NCBI GenBank assembly: GCA_036561005.1
Contig: DATBQE010000239.1
Location: 885-64,884 of the forward strand
Source of the DNA: Burkholderiaceae bacterium
Lineage (GTDB): Bacteria; Pseudomonadota; Gammaproteobacteria; Burkholderiales; Burkholderiaceae_D
Direction: 5' to 3'
DNA: 64,000 nt
The first letter of the stretch is position 1, and each line of letters opens with the position of its first letter. Below, one piece after another: positions 44,491-54,500 of the stretch. The notes under the pieces are model-generated. The model saw only the letters and a list, made by a program, of their open reading frames with translations. It ran no database searches and was not told the origin of the DNA. The position numbers and the translations under genes are program-made.

Positions 44491-44581
44491 CTGCCCGCTT
44501 GCGGGAGAGCAAGTTTGCCAGACGCACGAAAACCCTCTGCCTACCGCGGCCAACCCATACGCTTCTCCCGTAAGCGGGCAG
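44491..44581. repeat. REP-like inverted repeat pair
   Basis: CTGCCCGCTTGCGGGAGAG (44491-44509) and its near reverse complement TTCTCCCGTAAGCGGGCAG (44563-44581) have 2 mismatches. Each arm contains a CCCGC-NNN-GCGGG hairpin. Confidence 0.65.
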
Positions 44582-44720
44582 AGGGAAAGTCACGCCATGA
44601 GTTGTGAGTAACGATTAGTGTCGACGCGGGGACGACAGAGGGGGGCCAAGCCGCGAAAATGCTTTCATGCACTCACAAAAAAAACCGGCGCAACGAATGT
44701 CGAAAACCTGAGCCAACCCC

Positions 44721-46241
44721 TCAATCGTCCTTCGCCCCATCAATCCCCAGTTCATGAATCTTGCGTGTAATGGTATTGCGCCCTATTCCCAGCCGCACGG
44801 CCGCATCGTTCTTGCGCCCATGCGTATGCTTGAGCGCCGCCTTGATCAGCGTGGATTCGAACAGGCGCCCCAGTGCGTCCATCACTTCGGGTTGGCCGGC
44901 ACTGAGCATTTGTGCGGCTTCGCTTTCCAATAGCGTGACCCAGTTCGACTTGTCGAATTTGTCGGCCAGCAGCGCGTCGGAACCATTGGTGCCGCCGATT
45001 GCAGCGGGCATGCCGGCAGGCGCATGCTGCGGCGCCGGCTGCGCATAGCTGGCTGGCTGACTGAGCGGCGCGGCATAGGCTTGCGGCTGCGTGTCGATCA
45101 GTTCGGGCGGCAGGTCCTTGGTTTCCACGGTCTGACCCGGCGCCATGACGGTGATCCAGTTGCACAGGTTTTCCAGTTGGCGCACATTGCCGGGGAAGTC
45201 GAGCAGGCTGAGGAATTGCATGGCGTTGTCGGACAGGCGCTTGGCTTCCACGCCGAGCTGCTTGGCGCTTTGCGCCAGGAAAAAGCGCGCCAGGATGGGG
45301 ATGTCTTCGCGCCGCTCGCGCAAGGACGGCAGGCGAAGGCGGATGACGTTCAAGCGATGGTACAAGTCTTCGCGGAACAGGCCGTCGCGCACGCGCTGCT
45401 CCAGGTTTTGATGGGTTGCCGCAATCACGCGCACGTTGGCCTTCAAGGGCTGATGGCCGCCGACACGATAGAAGTGCCCGTCCGACAGCACGCGCAGCAA
45501 ACGTGTCTGCAGGTCGAACGGCATGTCGCCGATCTCATCGAGAAACAGCGTGCCGTCTTCGGCCTGCTCGAAGCGGCCGCGCCGCGTTGCCTGCGCGCCG
45601 GTGAACGCGCCGCGCTCATGGCCGAACAGTTCCGACTCCAGCAATTCCTTTGGAATGGCTGCCGTGTTGAGGGCGATGAACGGTTGCGAGCCGCGCGGGC
45701 TGTGCTTGTGCAGCGCACGCGCGACCAGTTCCTTGCCCGAGCCCGATTCGCCGGTAATGAGCACCGTGACGTTCGATTGCGAAAGCCGACCGATGGCGCG
45801 GAACACGTCCTGCATGGCTGGCGCCTGGCCGAGAATTTCCGGCGGCGTAATGGTCGATTGCTCGACGATGGCTTCACGCAGGCTTTCTTCAAGCGCACGC
45901 CGGATCAGCTCGACGGCCTTGTCCACGTCGAACGGTTTGGCGAGGTATTCGAAGGCGCCGCCCTGGAAGGCCGCCACGGCGGAGTCGAGGTCGGAGAATG
46001 CGGTGATGATGATGACCGGCAGGCCGGGATGGCGCGCCTTCACTTCCTGCAGCAGTTTGAGCCCCGATTCACCCGGCATGCGGATGTCGGACACCAGCAC
46101 CTGCGGCAAGCCGCTGTTCAAGGCTTCAATGGCATCGCGCGCATTGGAAAAGCTTCGCGTTGCCAGGTTTTCTCGCGCCAGTGCTTTTTCAAGCACCCAG
46201 CGGATCGACTCGTCGTCGTCTACGATCCAGATTGGTTTCAT
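44721..46241 (-). CDS. ntrC: nitrogen regulation protein NR(I), sigma54-dependent response regulator NtrC
   Basis: 506 aa. REC MKPIWIVDDDESIRWVL..DIRMPGESG, AAA+ GESGSGKE and GAFTGA, ESELFGHE, and a C-terminal Fis-type HTH AAVRLGIGRNTITRKI. It lies downstream of ntrB and glnA. Confidence 0.93.
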   Translation of the reverse strand: MKPIWIVDDDESIRWVLEKALARENLATRSFSNARDAIEALNSGLPQVLVSDIRMPGESGLKLLQEVKARHPGLPVIIITAFSDLDSAVAAFQGGAFEYLAKPFDVDKAVELIRRALEESLREAIVEQSTITPPEILGQAPAMQDVFRAIGRLSQSNVTVLITGESGSGKELVARALHKHSPRGSQPFIALNTAAIPKELLESELFGHERGAFTGAQATRRGRFEQAEDGTLFLDEIGDMPFDLQTRLLRVLSDGHFYRVGGHQPLKANVRVIAATHQNLEQRVRDGLFREDLYHRLNVIRLRLPSLRERREDIPILARFFLAQSAKQLGVEAKRLSDNAMQFLSLLDFPGNVRQLENLCNWITVMAPGQTVETKDLPPELIDTQPQAYAAPLSQPASYAQPAPQHAPAGMPAAIGGTNGSDALLADKFDKSNWVTLLESEAAQMLSAGQPEVMDALGRLFESTLIKAALKHTHGRKNDAAVRLGIGRNTITRKIHELGIDGAKDD

Positions 46242-46460
46242 TGTTCCTCTTGCCGCCTGAGTTGCACTTTCATGCGCCTGCGGAAATCGTGGCGAGCGGT
46301 CCCATACCGGATCGACGAGCGCAACCGTACGGAGGTACGGCTTGGCAGGGTGTTCGGACGATCAGCTCGTCCGCCTGCGTAGCGGTGTCTGCCAACAAAC
46401 AGACACTGCCAGCGTTCAAAGACCCGGATTGGCCCACGCAACAGATTTTCGAAAGGCGCA

Positions 46461-47606
46461 TCAAGGCAACGGTATCAACATTCTAAAATCCGTGTACCCC
46501 GGACGACTTTCGCATTCGATCACGCCCTGATGCTGTTGCACGAAGGTTTGCGCCAAGGTCAATCCTAATCCGCTTCCGCCTTCGCGCCCAGAGACCAGGG
46601 GGTAAAAAATGCGATCATAAATCTCCAACGGGATACCCGGTCCATTGTCGATGATATGCAAGTCTAATGCCAGCCGGTAGCGCACCTTGGCCAGCGTCAC
46701 CTGGCGCGCGACCCGTGTCACAAATGTCAGTTGGGCATCACCGGCCTGGATGCGCTCGGACAAGGCCTGCGCCGCGTTGTGGGTAATGTTCAACACCGCC
46801 TGGATCAACTGTTCCTTGTCGCCGCGAAATTCGGGCACCGAGAGGTCATAATCGCGCTTGATAGTGAGGCCGACGGGGAATTCGGCCACGATCAGGCTGC
46901 GCACGCGCTCGCACACCTCGTGGATGTTGACGTCGCCCACGATGTGCGGCAGCCGGTGCGGCGCCAGCAGGCGGTCCACCAGGGTTTGCAGGCGGTCGGC
47001 TTCCTTGATGATGACCTGGGTGTATTCGCGCAATTCCTTCAATTGCCGTTCGGGCAATTCGAGTTCGAGCAATTGTGCGGCGCCGCGTATGCCGCCGAGC
47101 GGGTTCTTGATCTCATGCGCAAGGTTGCGGATCAGCTCTTTGTTGGCCTGGCTCTGGTCGAGAATGCGCTCTTCGCGGTCCACCTTCAGTTGCTGCACGT
47201 TTTCGCGCAATTCGATCAACACCGGGATGTCGGCATCGTCCAAGGCCGTCACCACGACGTGCACCTGCAGCGATTCACGGCCGGCGCGCTCGAGCGTCAA
47301 GTCCAGGCGCTTGTCGGCGAACTGGCGCGCGCGTGCCTGGCGGAACACGTCGATCAGCTCCTGGCCGTTCTGGAACACCTCGTCGAGGCGCAAATGCTGC
47401 AAGGCCTTGGCAGAGCTTTCGAGCAGATTTTCCGCAGCGGCATTGACGTAGGTCACGCGTCCCTCGGCATCGAGGATGATGACCGACGAGGCCAGCAAAT
47501 CGAGCCCGCTCAAGTCGCGCGACGCCGCCGTCTGCGGCTTGTTGGGCACCTCTTTCGCGCCCGCTTTCATCGCCTTGCCTGCGCCCTTGTTTTCGCCAGT
47601 TTCCAA
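46461..47606 (-). CDS. ntrB: nitrogen regulation sensor histidine kinase NtrB
   Basis: 381 aa. PAS region, H-box LAHEIKNPLGGIRGAAQLL, N/G boxes IIDNGPGIP and GSGLGLTLA. Synteny with glnA and ntrC. Confidence 0.9.
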   Translation of the reverse strand: METGENKGAGKAMKAGAKEVPNKPQTAASRDLSGLDLLASSVIILDAEGRVTYVNAAAENLLESSAKALQHLRLDEVFQNGQELIDVFRQARARQFADKRLDLTLERAGRESLQVHVVVTALDDADIPVLIELRENVQQLKVDREERILDQSQANKELIRNLAHEIKNPLGGIRGAAQLLELELPERQLKELREYTQVIIKEADRLQTLVDRLLAPHRLPHIVGDVNIHEVCERVRSLIVAEFPVGLTIKRDYDLSVPEFRGDKEQLIQAVLNITHNAAQALSERIQAGDAQLTFVTRVARQVTLAKVRYRLALDLHIIDNGPGIPLEIYDRIFYPLVSGREGGSGLGLTLAQTFVQQHQGVIECESRPGYTDFRMLIPLP

Positions 47607-47665
47607 AATTCGTTCCCAAAAAAATAGGCCGCATGGCGCGGCCTCAGTTTCCGATCGCGCGATGC

Positions 47666-48187
47666 TTATCGCGCGTCGCCCGACTCGCGCTTCAATTCGC
47701 GTTGCAGGGCTTCGATGTTTTTCTCGGTGCGGCTGATGTTGTCGCGCATGGCCGTCACGCGTTCCTGGTATTTGGAATAATTGTGCTCGTCACCCTGGCG
47801 TTCCGGCTCGCCGTTGTTGTAGTCCTTCTTCAAGGCGGCAAGCTTGTCCTGCTCGCTCTTCATCTCGTCGAGCAGAATCTGGCGCCGGTCGTTGTCGCGT
47901 GACTTTTGCGTGGTGCTGTCGACGCGCGGGAAGTCGGACGGCGACGCCGACGACGACGACTTCAGCGAAGCCGTTTGCACGGTGGCGCTGCGCTTGCTCG
48001 GTGCGGGGATGACGCTCACGCCTTCCAGATCCATCTTCTTGCAATCCTTGACCGGGCCGGTGTTCTTGAACTCGATCGTGCCGTTGGCGCCGACGCATTT
48101 ATAGATTTCACCTTCCGCTTGTGCGGTCCCCATTGCCCCAGTAAATCCGAGTAAAGCGGCAAGAAGTGCTAAAAGTTGATGTTTCAT
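47666..48187 (-). CDS. DUF4124-domain secreted protein
   Basis: Met22 of the track ORF. Signal peptide MKHQLLALLAALLGFTGAMGTAQA, followed by GEIYKCVGANGTIEFKNTGPVKDCKKMDL (DUF4124-like) and a coiled-coil tail. Confidence 0.7.
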   Translation of the reverse strand: MKHQLLALLAALLGFTGAMGTAQAEGEIYKCVGANGTIEFKNTGPVKDCKKMDLEGVSVIPAPSKRSATVQTASLKSSSSASPSDFPRVDSTTQKSRDNDRRQILLDEMKSEQDKLAALKKDYNNGEPERQGDEHNYSKYQERVTAMRDNISRTEKNIEALQRELKRESGDAR

Positions 48188-48324
48188 AAACTTTTGGTAC
48201 AAACCTTGATGGCGGACTGGTAGTTTAGGATAAGAATCATTGCAGTACAAACATTTGTTAAACGAATTTCGAATTGACGCAACAATTTCATGCCCAAGTC
48301 ACATCTTTCTCATGACATGAAGGC

Positions 48325-48353
48325 AAAAAAGCGGAAAGCCTGGGGCTTTCCGC
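48325..48353 (-). terminator. rho-independent terminator of glnA
   Basis: On the minus strand, GCGGAAAGCC-CCA-GGCTTTCCGC (10-bp perfect stem; plus 48331-48353) is followed by TTTTTT (plus A-run 48325-48330). It lies 67 nt after the glnA stop. Confidence 0.75.
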
Positions 48354-48419
48354 TTCTTAACGCATGCTCAATTTAACAATTGCGTGCCACCTTGACTACG
48401 GTTGGCACGCCCTCCTAAA

Positions 48420-49835
48420 TTACAGCGAGTAGTACATGTCGAACTCGACCGGGTGTGTCGTCATGCGGAAACGTGTCACTTCAGCTTGCTTCAGTTCGAT
48501 GTAGGCATCGATCATGGTGTCGCTGAACACGCCGCCGCGGGTCAGGAACTCGCGGTCCTTGTCGAGGTATTCCAGCGCTTGTTCGAGCGAGGAGCACACG
48601 GTTGGGATCAGCGCGTCTTCTTCCGGCGGCAGGTGGTACAGGTCCTTCGAGGCAGCTTCGCCCGGATGGATCTTGTTTTGCACGCCGTCGAGACCTGCCA
48701 TCAGCAGAGCCGAGAAGCACAGGTAAGGATTAGCCAGCGGGTCCGGGAAACGCGTTTCGATGCGGCGGCCCTTTGGATTGGGCACGTGCGGAATACGGAT
48801 CGAAGCCGAACGGTTACGCGACGAGTAAGCCAGCTTGACCGGTGCTTCAAAGCCTGGGACCAGACGCTTGTAGGAGTTTGTGCCGGGGTTGGTGATCGCG
48901 TTCAAAGCGCGGGCATGCTTGATGATGCCGCCGATGTAGTACAGCGCGAATTCCGACAGACCTGCATAGCCGTCGCCGGCGAACAGGTTCTTGCCGTCTT
49001 TCCAGACCGATTGGTGCACGTGCATGCCCGAACCGTTGTCGCCAACGATAGGCTTCGGCATGAAAGTCGCAGTCTTGCCGTAAGTGTGGGCGACGTTCCA
49101 GACGACATACTTCAGGTTCTGGGTCCAGTCGGCGCGCTCGACCAGGGTCGAGAACTTGGTGCCGATTTCATTTTGACCGGCGCCGGCCACTTCGTGGTGG
49201 TGCACTTCAACGGGGATGCCGAGCGATTCGAGGATCAGGCACATTTCCGAACGCATGTCCTGGAAGCTGTCGACCGGTGGAACCGGGAAATAGCCGCCCT
49301 TGACTGCCGGACGATGGCCGGTGTTGCCGCCTTCGAGCTTTTCGCCGGTGGACCACGATGCTTCTTCGGAATCGATCTGCACGAAGCAGCCGGACATGTC
49401 GATCTTCCAGCGCACGCCGTCGAAAATGAAGAATTCTGGTTCCGGACCGAAGTAGGCTGTGTCGCCCAGGCCGGAGGACTTCAGGTAAGCTTCTGCGCGC
49501 TTGGCGATCGAACGCGGGTCGCGGTCATAGCCCTTGCCGTCGGAAGGTTCGATCACGTCGCATTGCATGAACAACGTGGTTTCTTCCATGAACGGATCGA
49601 TGTTGGCGGTGTTCGGGTCTGGCATCAGGATCATGTCCGACGCTTCGATACCCTTCCAGCCGGCGATCGAGGAGCCGTCGAATGCGTGGCCGGATTCGAA
49701 CTTGTCAATATCGAAGGCCGATACCGGAACCGTAACGTGCTGTTCCTTGCCCCGTGTGTCAGCAAAGCGGAAATCAACGAATTTAACTTCGTTGTCTTTC
49801 GCCATCTTCAAGACCTCTGCGGCCGTCATTGCCAT
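48420..49835 (-). CDS. glnA: glutamine synthetase, type I
   Basis: 471 aa. [59 protein letters not shown] (including the adenylylation-site Tyr context [10 protein letters not shown]) and MYYSL* are textbook GlnA features. Confidence 0.96.
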   Translation of the reverse strand: MAMTAAEVLKMAKDNEVKFVDFRFADTRGKEQHVTVPVSAFDIDKFESGHAFDGSSIAGWKGIEASDMILMPDPNTANIDPFMEETTLFMQCDVIEPSDGKGYDRDPRSIAKRAEAYLKSSGLGDTAYFGPEPEFFIFDGVRWKIDMSGCFVQIDSEEASWSTGEKLEGGNTGHRPAVKGGYFPVPPVDSFQDMRSEMCLILESLGIPVEVHHHEVAGAGQNEIGTKFSTLVERADWTQNLKYVVWNVAHTYGKTATFMPKPIVGDNGSGMHVHQSVWKDGKNLFAGDGYAGLSEFALYYIGGIIKHARALNAITNPGTNSYKRLVPGFEAPVKLAYSSRNRSASIRIPHVPNPKGRRIETRFPDPLANPYLCFSALLMAGLDGVQNKIHPGEAASKDLYHLPPEEDALIPTVCSSLEQALEYLDKDREFLTRGGVFSDTMIDAYIELKQAEVTRFRMTTHPVEFDMYYSL

Positions 49836-49980
49836 GCGAATCTCCCTAAAATGAGCAAATCAATGAAAAAATTGGGTTTTGAGCCGACTAAAGCGCCGCT
49901 TCGAGGAAATTTCCAAGAAGCAACGCACTACATGCATTTGGGTATGAACCGAAGTGCGACCAGAACTCGGAATAAATCAT

Positions 49981-49996
49981 AGCAGATTCCGTGCCA
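49981..49996 (-). promoter_or_regulatory. sigma54 (-24/-12) promoter upstream of glnA
   Basis: The minus strand reads TGGCACGGAATCTGCT. This matches TGGCAC-N5-TTGCW with GG and GC at the canonical 10-nt offset. It lies about 146 nt upstream of the glnA ATG. Confidence 0.6.
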
Positions 49997-50021
49997 CCAC
50001 CCGTATCAAAATAGAGCGCCC

Positions 50022-50189
50022 TGCACTCCGATGATGCACCGGGGATATGACAAATTGATGTCTTTTTAGAGGATTTTAAGGCGAAATTGCACGAGGATTA
50101 GTTTGCACCAAAAAAGAACGTGAAAAATAAAAATGCACCAAAAATAAACAATTTGTTGTCAGTCTGACTTTTTGCGACATTTTGGTGCA
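50022..50189. promoter_or_regulatory. cluster of NtrC-type enhancer sites
   Basis: TGCACTCCGATGATGCA (50022-50038) and TGCGACATTTTGGTGCA (50173-50189) approximate TGCACC-N5-GGTGCA. Two direct TGCACCA half-sites at 50104 and 50134 are 30 bp apart. Confidence 0.45.
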
Positions 50190-50302
50190 TGCAATACCAC
50201 TCATGCCATGCGGTTGCTACCAATCTGATACCAGTCAAATACCACGCCAGATTTACAAAAAGCAGCCGGCCGGCCTGCTGCAGCCGTATTCTTCGCCTCG
50301 CG

Positions 50303-50821
50303 TCAGTCCTCGTCTTGTTTGAGCAGTTTGCCGTCGTCCGACAGGAACTGTGCGCCCAGTTCAAAGATGGCGTCGCCCGACAAAACACGCGGCACCAGGG
50401 GCAGCAACTCCTGCTCTTCCTTCATCAGGCGCAATTGCAGGTTGCTGCAATACAGTTCCATGGCCCGACGCAATTCCTTTTGCCTGGCCACGCCATGTTG
50501 AAACGCCAGTTGCAATTGCTGCGGCAGGGTCTGGACGATCTTCAGGCAAAAGCTGCTCAGCGCTTCGAGCTCGTCGAGCAGCAGGTCGGCCTCGCGGGTG
50601 GCGCTCTTGATGGCGGGGATCACATACTGCTCCATCTTGCGCGAATGGAACAGGCGTTCGAACTGGGTGAGTTTATGGATCACGGCCTCAACGCTGGCGA
50701 GATCGATTTCCTGCAGGTTCTTCCAGACATGCGAAATGCTTTGCTGCAAGCGGGCCAGCACGCGGCGGGCTTTTTGCTGTTCGGCGGACAGGACGACGAT
50801 GGAATAGGTGGCTGTGAGCAT
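50303..50821 (-). CDS. hemerythrin-like (HHE cation-binding) domain protein
   Basis: Met31 of the track ORF. FHSRKMEQYVIPAI and LRLMKEEQELLPLVPRVLSGDAIFELGAQFL resemble the H..EE..l.P.l repeats of hemerythrin-like domains. Confidence 0.55.
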   Translation of the reverse strand: MLTATYSIVVLSAEQQKARRVLARLQQSISHVWKNLQEIDLASVEAVIHKLTQFERLFHSRKMEQYVIPAIKSATREADLLLDELEALSSFCLKIVQTLPQQLQLAFQHGVARQKELRRAMELYCSNLQLRLMKEEQELLPLVPRVLSGDAIFELGAQFLSDDGKLLKQDED

Positions 50822-51129
50822 CAGGCTTCCTTGGCATAACTTGAGATAACATAAAGGCAAACTGCTGCATATGTGGCAGCGCATGGAGGCTGGTTCCATC
50901 GGCGCCGGCACAATTGCGGCAAAAGCTGCTTATCGACCGCGCGAGCGGCCGAAGGTTCCGGGATACGCAAGCATACGCGCGAATTGGAAAGTCGGCCGGC
51001 TCCCGGCATATTTCATGATGCCCGGATTGCGCATCGCGGCCTGAACGTTTCTCGCCTGCCGCGATTGGCATGGCCCATCGCCGTCCTCATGGTGTATTCT
51101 GAGGTGAACGGACAAACAGGGGACAAGCG

Positions 51130-51513
51130 TTGCTGAAACCCAAATCGCTCAACGTAGTCATCATCGACGACAACGAAACCATGCGCGCCATGCTGCGCAT
51201 GATCATTCAAGGCGACACATATAACGTTATCGGTGAAGCCAATAATGGGCGAACCGGCCTGGAACGGGCCAAACGCCTGAAACCGGATATCGTGTGCCTC
51301 GATATCCTGATGCCGGAGCTCGATGGCCTCGATGTGCTCGTCGAACTGAAGCAGGCCCTGCCCGATACGCGCGTCTTGATGGTCACCGCCAGCAATGAGC
51401 GCGCCACAGTACTCAAGGCGATCGCGCTCGGTGCCAGTGGCTTCATTCTCAAGCCGTTCAATACCGGGGTGGTGCTCGACACGCTGGCCAAGGCGGCCGT
51501 CACGCCGAAATGA
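51130..51513 (+). CDS. single-domain CheY-like response regulator
   Basis: 127 aa. TTG start preceded by GGGGA. VVIIDDNETMRAML..DIVCLDILMPELDG..ILKPF are the receiver-domain hallmarks. Confidence 0.85.
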   Translation: MLKPKSLNVVIIDDNETMRAMLRMIIQGDTYNVIGEANNGRTGLERAKRLKPDIVCLDILMPELDGLDVLVELKQALPDTRVLMVTASNERATVLKAIALGASGFILKPFNTGVVLDTLAKAAVTPK

Positions 51514-51525
51514 TACGAGCGCCGG

Positions 51526-54500
51526 TCACCGCGTGAGCTTGCCTTCCGTTGAAGCCGACTCACCGGGCATTGTCAGCAACAGCTCGGCGCACATTGCGGC
51601 AGCAGCGCGGTAATCCAATCGGTCGATGCAATCGGAAATTCGCGCAAACTGCTCGGGAAACGCCCTGTTGTGCGCCATGCGCAGCGTTTCAAATACCTGG
51701 TCGGCCCCAAGATCGGCGGCACGCAGCATGGTTTGCAACTCGATCAGGCCGGTGCGCAGTTCCGGTGCACCGCTGCGCTGTTGCGCGGCCGGCGGTTCCA
51801 CAGCCAGGCGAGCGAGGTGCGCACGGGCGTGCGCCATGGCCGTAACGCCGGCCTGCCATACGTCTTCGTGCGGCAGGAGCAGGCCAAGAGAGGCCGCATC
51901 GGCCGGCACATCACGCAAGCGCTGTTCCGCATGCGCCGCCAAGGCGGCAAAGCGGTTCGCGCCGACCGTTCCCGCCATGCCCTTCAAGGTATGCAAAATG
52001 CGCCTGGCATCATCGCGCTGCTTGACACGCATTGCCTGCGCATATTCTTCCCGATATTTTGGGACTTCCTTGAGAAATCCCTTCAAGGCAGCGACATAGA
52101 CCGGCACCATGTTGCCCAACCTTTGTAATGCCGCGTCAACGTCGAATTCGAGTGCAGCCGATAACGGGTCGGTTGCGGGCGCTGTATGCCACGGCGCACC
52201 AGCGATCTCCGCGCGGCCGGTGTGGCGCAATATGGTTGCCACCAGGTGCGACAACTCGAACGGTTTGCCGACATGGTCGTTCATGCCCGCCGCCAGCGCG
52301 GCTTCGCGGTCCGAGGCCATGGCATTGGCTGTCATCGCAATGATCGGCAGGGTGTGCAAACCCATCCTTTCGCGGATGATCCTGGTGGCGGCATAGCCGT
52401 CCATCTCAGGCATCTGCACATCCATCAGCACCACGTCGAACGGCCGCCGCGCGGCCAGGATCGTATCGATGCCGGCCTGGCCGTTCTCGGCCACCACGAC
52501 CACCGCCCCGTCGTTACTGAGCAAATCGCGCGCCACAATCTGGTTGGTGGCATTGTCTTCAACCAACAAAATATGCAGTCCGGCAAGGCGCTGCTGCGCC
52601 GGGTTGCGGCGCATTTCCATCGGCAGGTTCTTGCCGTGACCGGCGCGGCCATCGGCCACCGCGTCATACAGAATAGAGGCCGTGACGGGCTTGACGAGGA
52701 AGGCATCGCACAGCGCCGACACATCGTCGCCGCACTCTGCCAGCATCTTCCGGCTGTGCGCTGTCACCATGACGATCAGCGTGCCTGCATCGGGCAGCAG
52801 CTCTCTGATCCGGCGGCAGGTTTCCAGCCCATCCATGCCGGGCATGCGCCAATCGACAAGGACAAGGTCGTAACCGCGGATCTGGCGCCGCGCGGCGATT
52901 GCATCGACGGCGGCGCCACCGCTTTCGACAGCATCGACGTGCCAGCCGAACGAGAGCAACATTTCCGTCAACACCTGGCGCGCGCTGGCATTGTCGTCAA
53001 CCACCAGGCAATGCAGATTGCGCGTGTCGACAATCAGGCGCGGCTTGTCGGGCTGGTATCCGAGCGGCGCCGGTTGGCAGGCAATGGTGAAATGAAAGGT
53101 GCTGCCCTGCCCGACCACGCTGTCGACGCACAAATCGCCGCCCATCAGCTTGACCAGGCGCTTGCTGATGGCCAGGCCCAGCCCCGAACCGCCGAAGCGC
53201 CGCGCGGTGGACGCTTCGGCCTGCGAAAAACCTTCGAATATGCGCGTGCATTGCTCAGACGAAATGCCAATCCCGGTATCGCGCACGGAAAACCGGATCG
53301 CCAATTCGTCGTCAGGCGTCGGCTGCAGTTTCACCGACATCACGACTTCGCCGCGCTCGGTGAACTTGACGGCATTGCCGGCCAGGTTGATAAGCACCTG
53401 CTGCAGGCGCAGACTGTCGCCGACCACCCAGTCGGGCAATGCCGGATCGACATCGAACAAAATCTCCAGGTCTTTTTCGCCGACGCTGGAAGACAGGATG
53501 ACGGCAATGTCGCGCAACAGCTTGTCGATACTGAATGGTTGCGGGTCCAATTCCATCTTGCCCGCTTCCACACGGGAAAAGTCGAGAATGTCGTTGAGGA
53601 TGCCGAGCAGGGTGCGCGCCGCCGTCTCCGCCTTGCCGGCATAGTCGCCCTGGCGCCGGTCGAGCCCGGTTTGCTGCAACAACTGCAGCATGCCCAGAAT
53701 GGCATTCATCGGCGTGCGGATTTCGTGGCTCATGTTGGCGAGAAACTCGGACTTGGCGCGGTTCGCCGATTCCGCCTCGACGGTGCGTGCCTCAAGCTCA
53801 TCGTTCAATTTTTGCAACGCAAATTGAGCCCGTTTTACCTCGCTGACGTCGGTGACGAGCACGATCACGCCGCGTACGACGTCGCCATCCATGTCGGGAA
53901 TGTAATGCGCCCAGGTGTGGGAAATGGTGCCGTCCTGTTTCTTCAGGGTGCGTTCAAAGCGCTGCGCGCGGCCTTCGAAAGCGGCTTGCATGAACGGCTC
54001 ATTTTGCGCAAACAGGGCGTTGCCGAGCAAAGTCTTCAGGTGGATGCCGCGCATTGCATCGTCCGACTTGCCGAACCAATCTATATAGTTGCGATTGGAA
54101 AAGCGGCATCGCAGGTCGCGGTCCCAGTAGGCGATCAAGCCGGGAATATTTGCCGCCAGCGTATCGAGAAAACGATTTTTTTCTTGCATGGCCTGCTCGG
54201 CCTCGTGCCGTTCGCTCAAATCGGCTGCCATGCCGAGGTAGCCGAAAATCGATCCGTCTTCCGCCCGCAGCGCCGTCACGGCAAGCAATACCGGAATGCG
54301 CGTGCCGTCCCTGGCGACATACGTCCACTCATGTTCATTGGGCAGACCCATCTGCGACTTGACGACAAACACGCCGAAGCCGGGCTCGATCGATTGCCCC
54401 AGCGTTTCGGAAAACTCCGCCGCGCGGGCAACGACTTCGGCCGGATCATGGAAAACACCTGGGCTTTGTTGGCCTATCATCTCGTCGGCGCGATAGCCGA

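Noticed and set aside
45024-46382. 452-aa plus-strand ORF
   Set aside because: Antisense to ntrC.
48402-49982. 526-aa plus-strand ORF
   Set aside because: Antisense to glnA, which is unmistakable.
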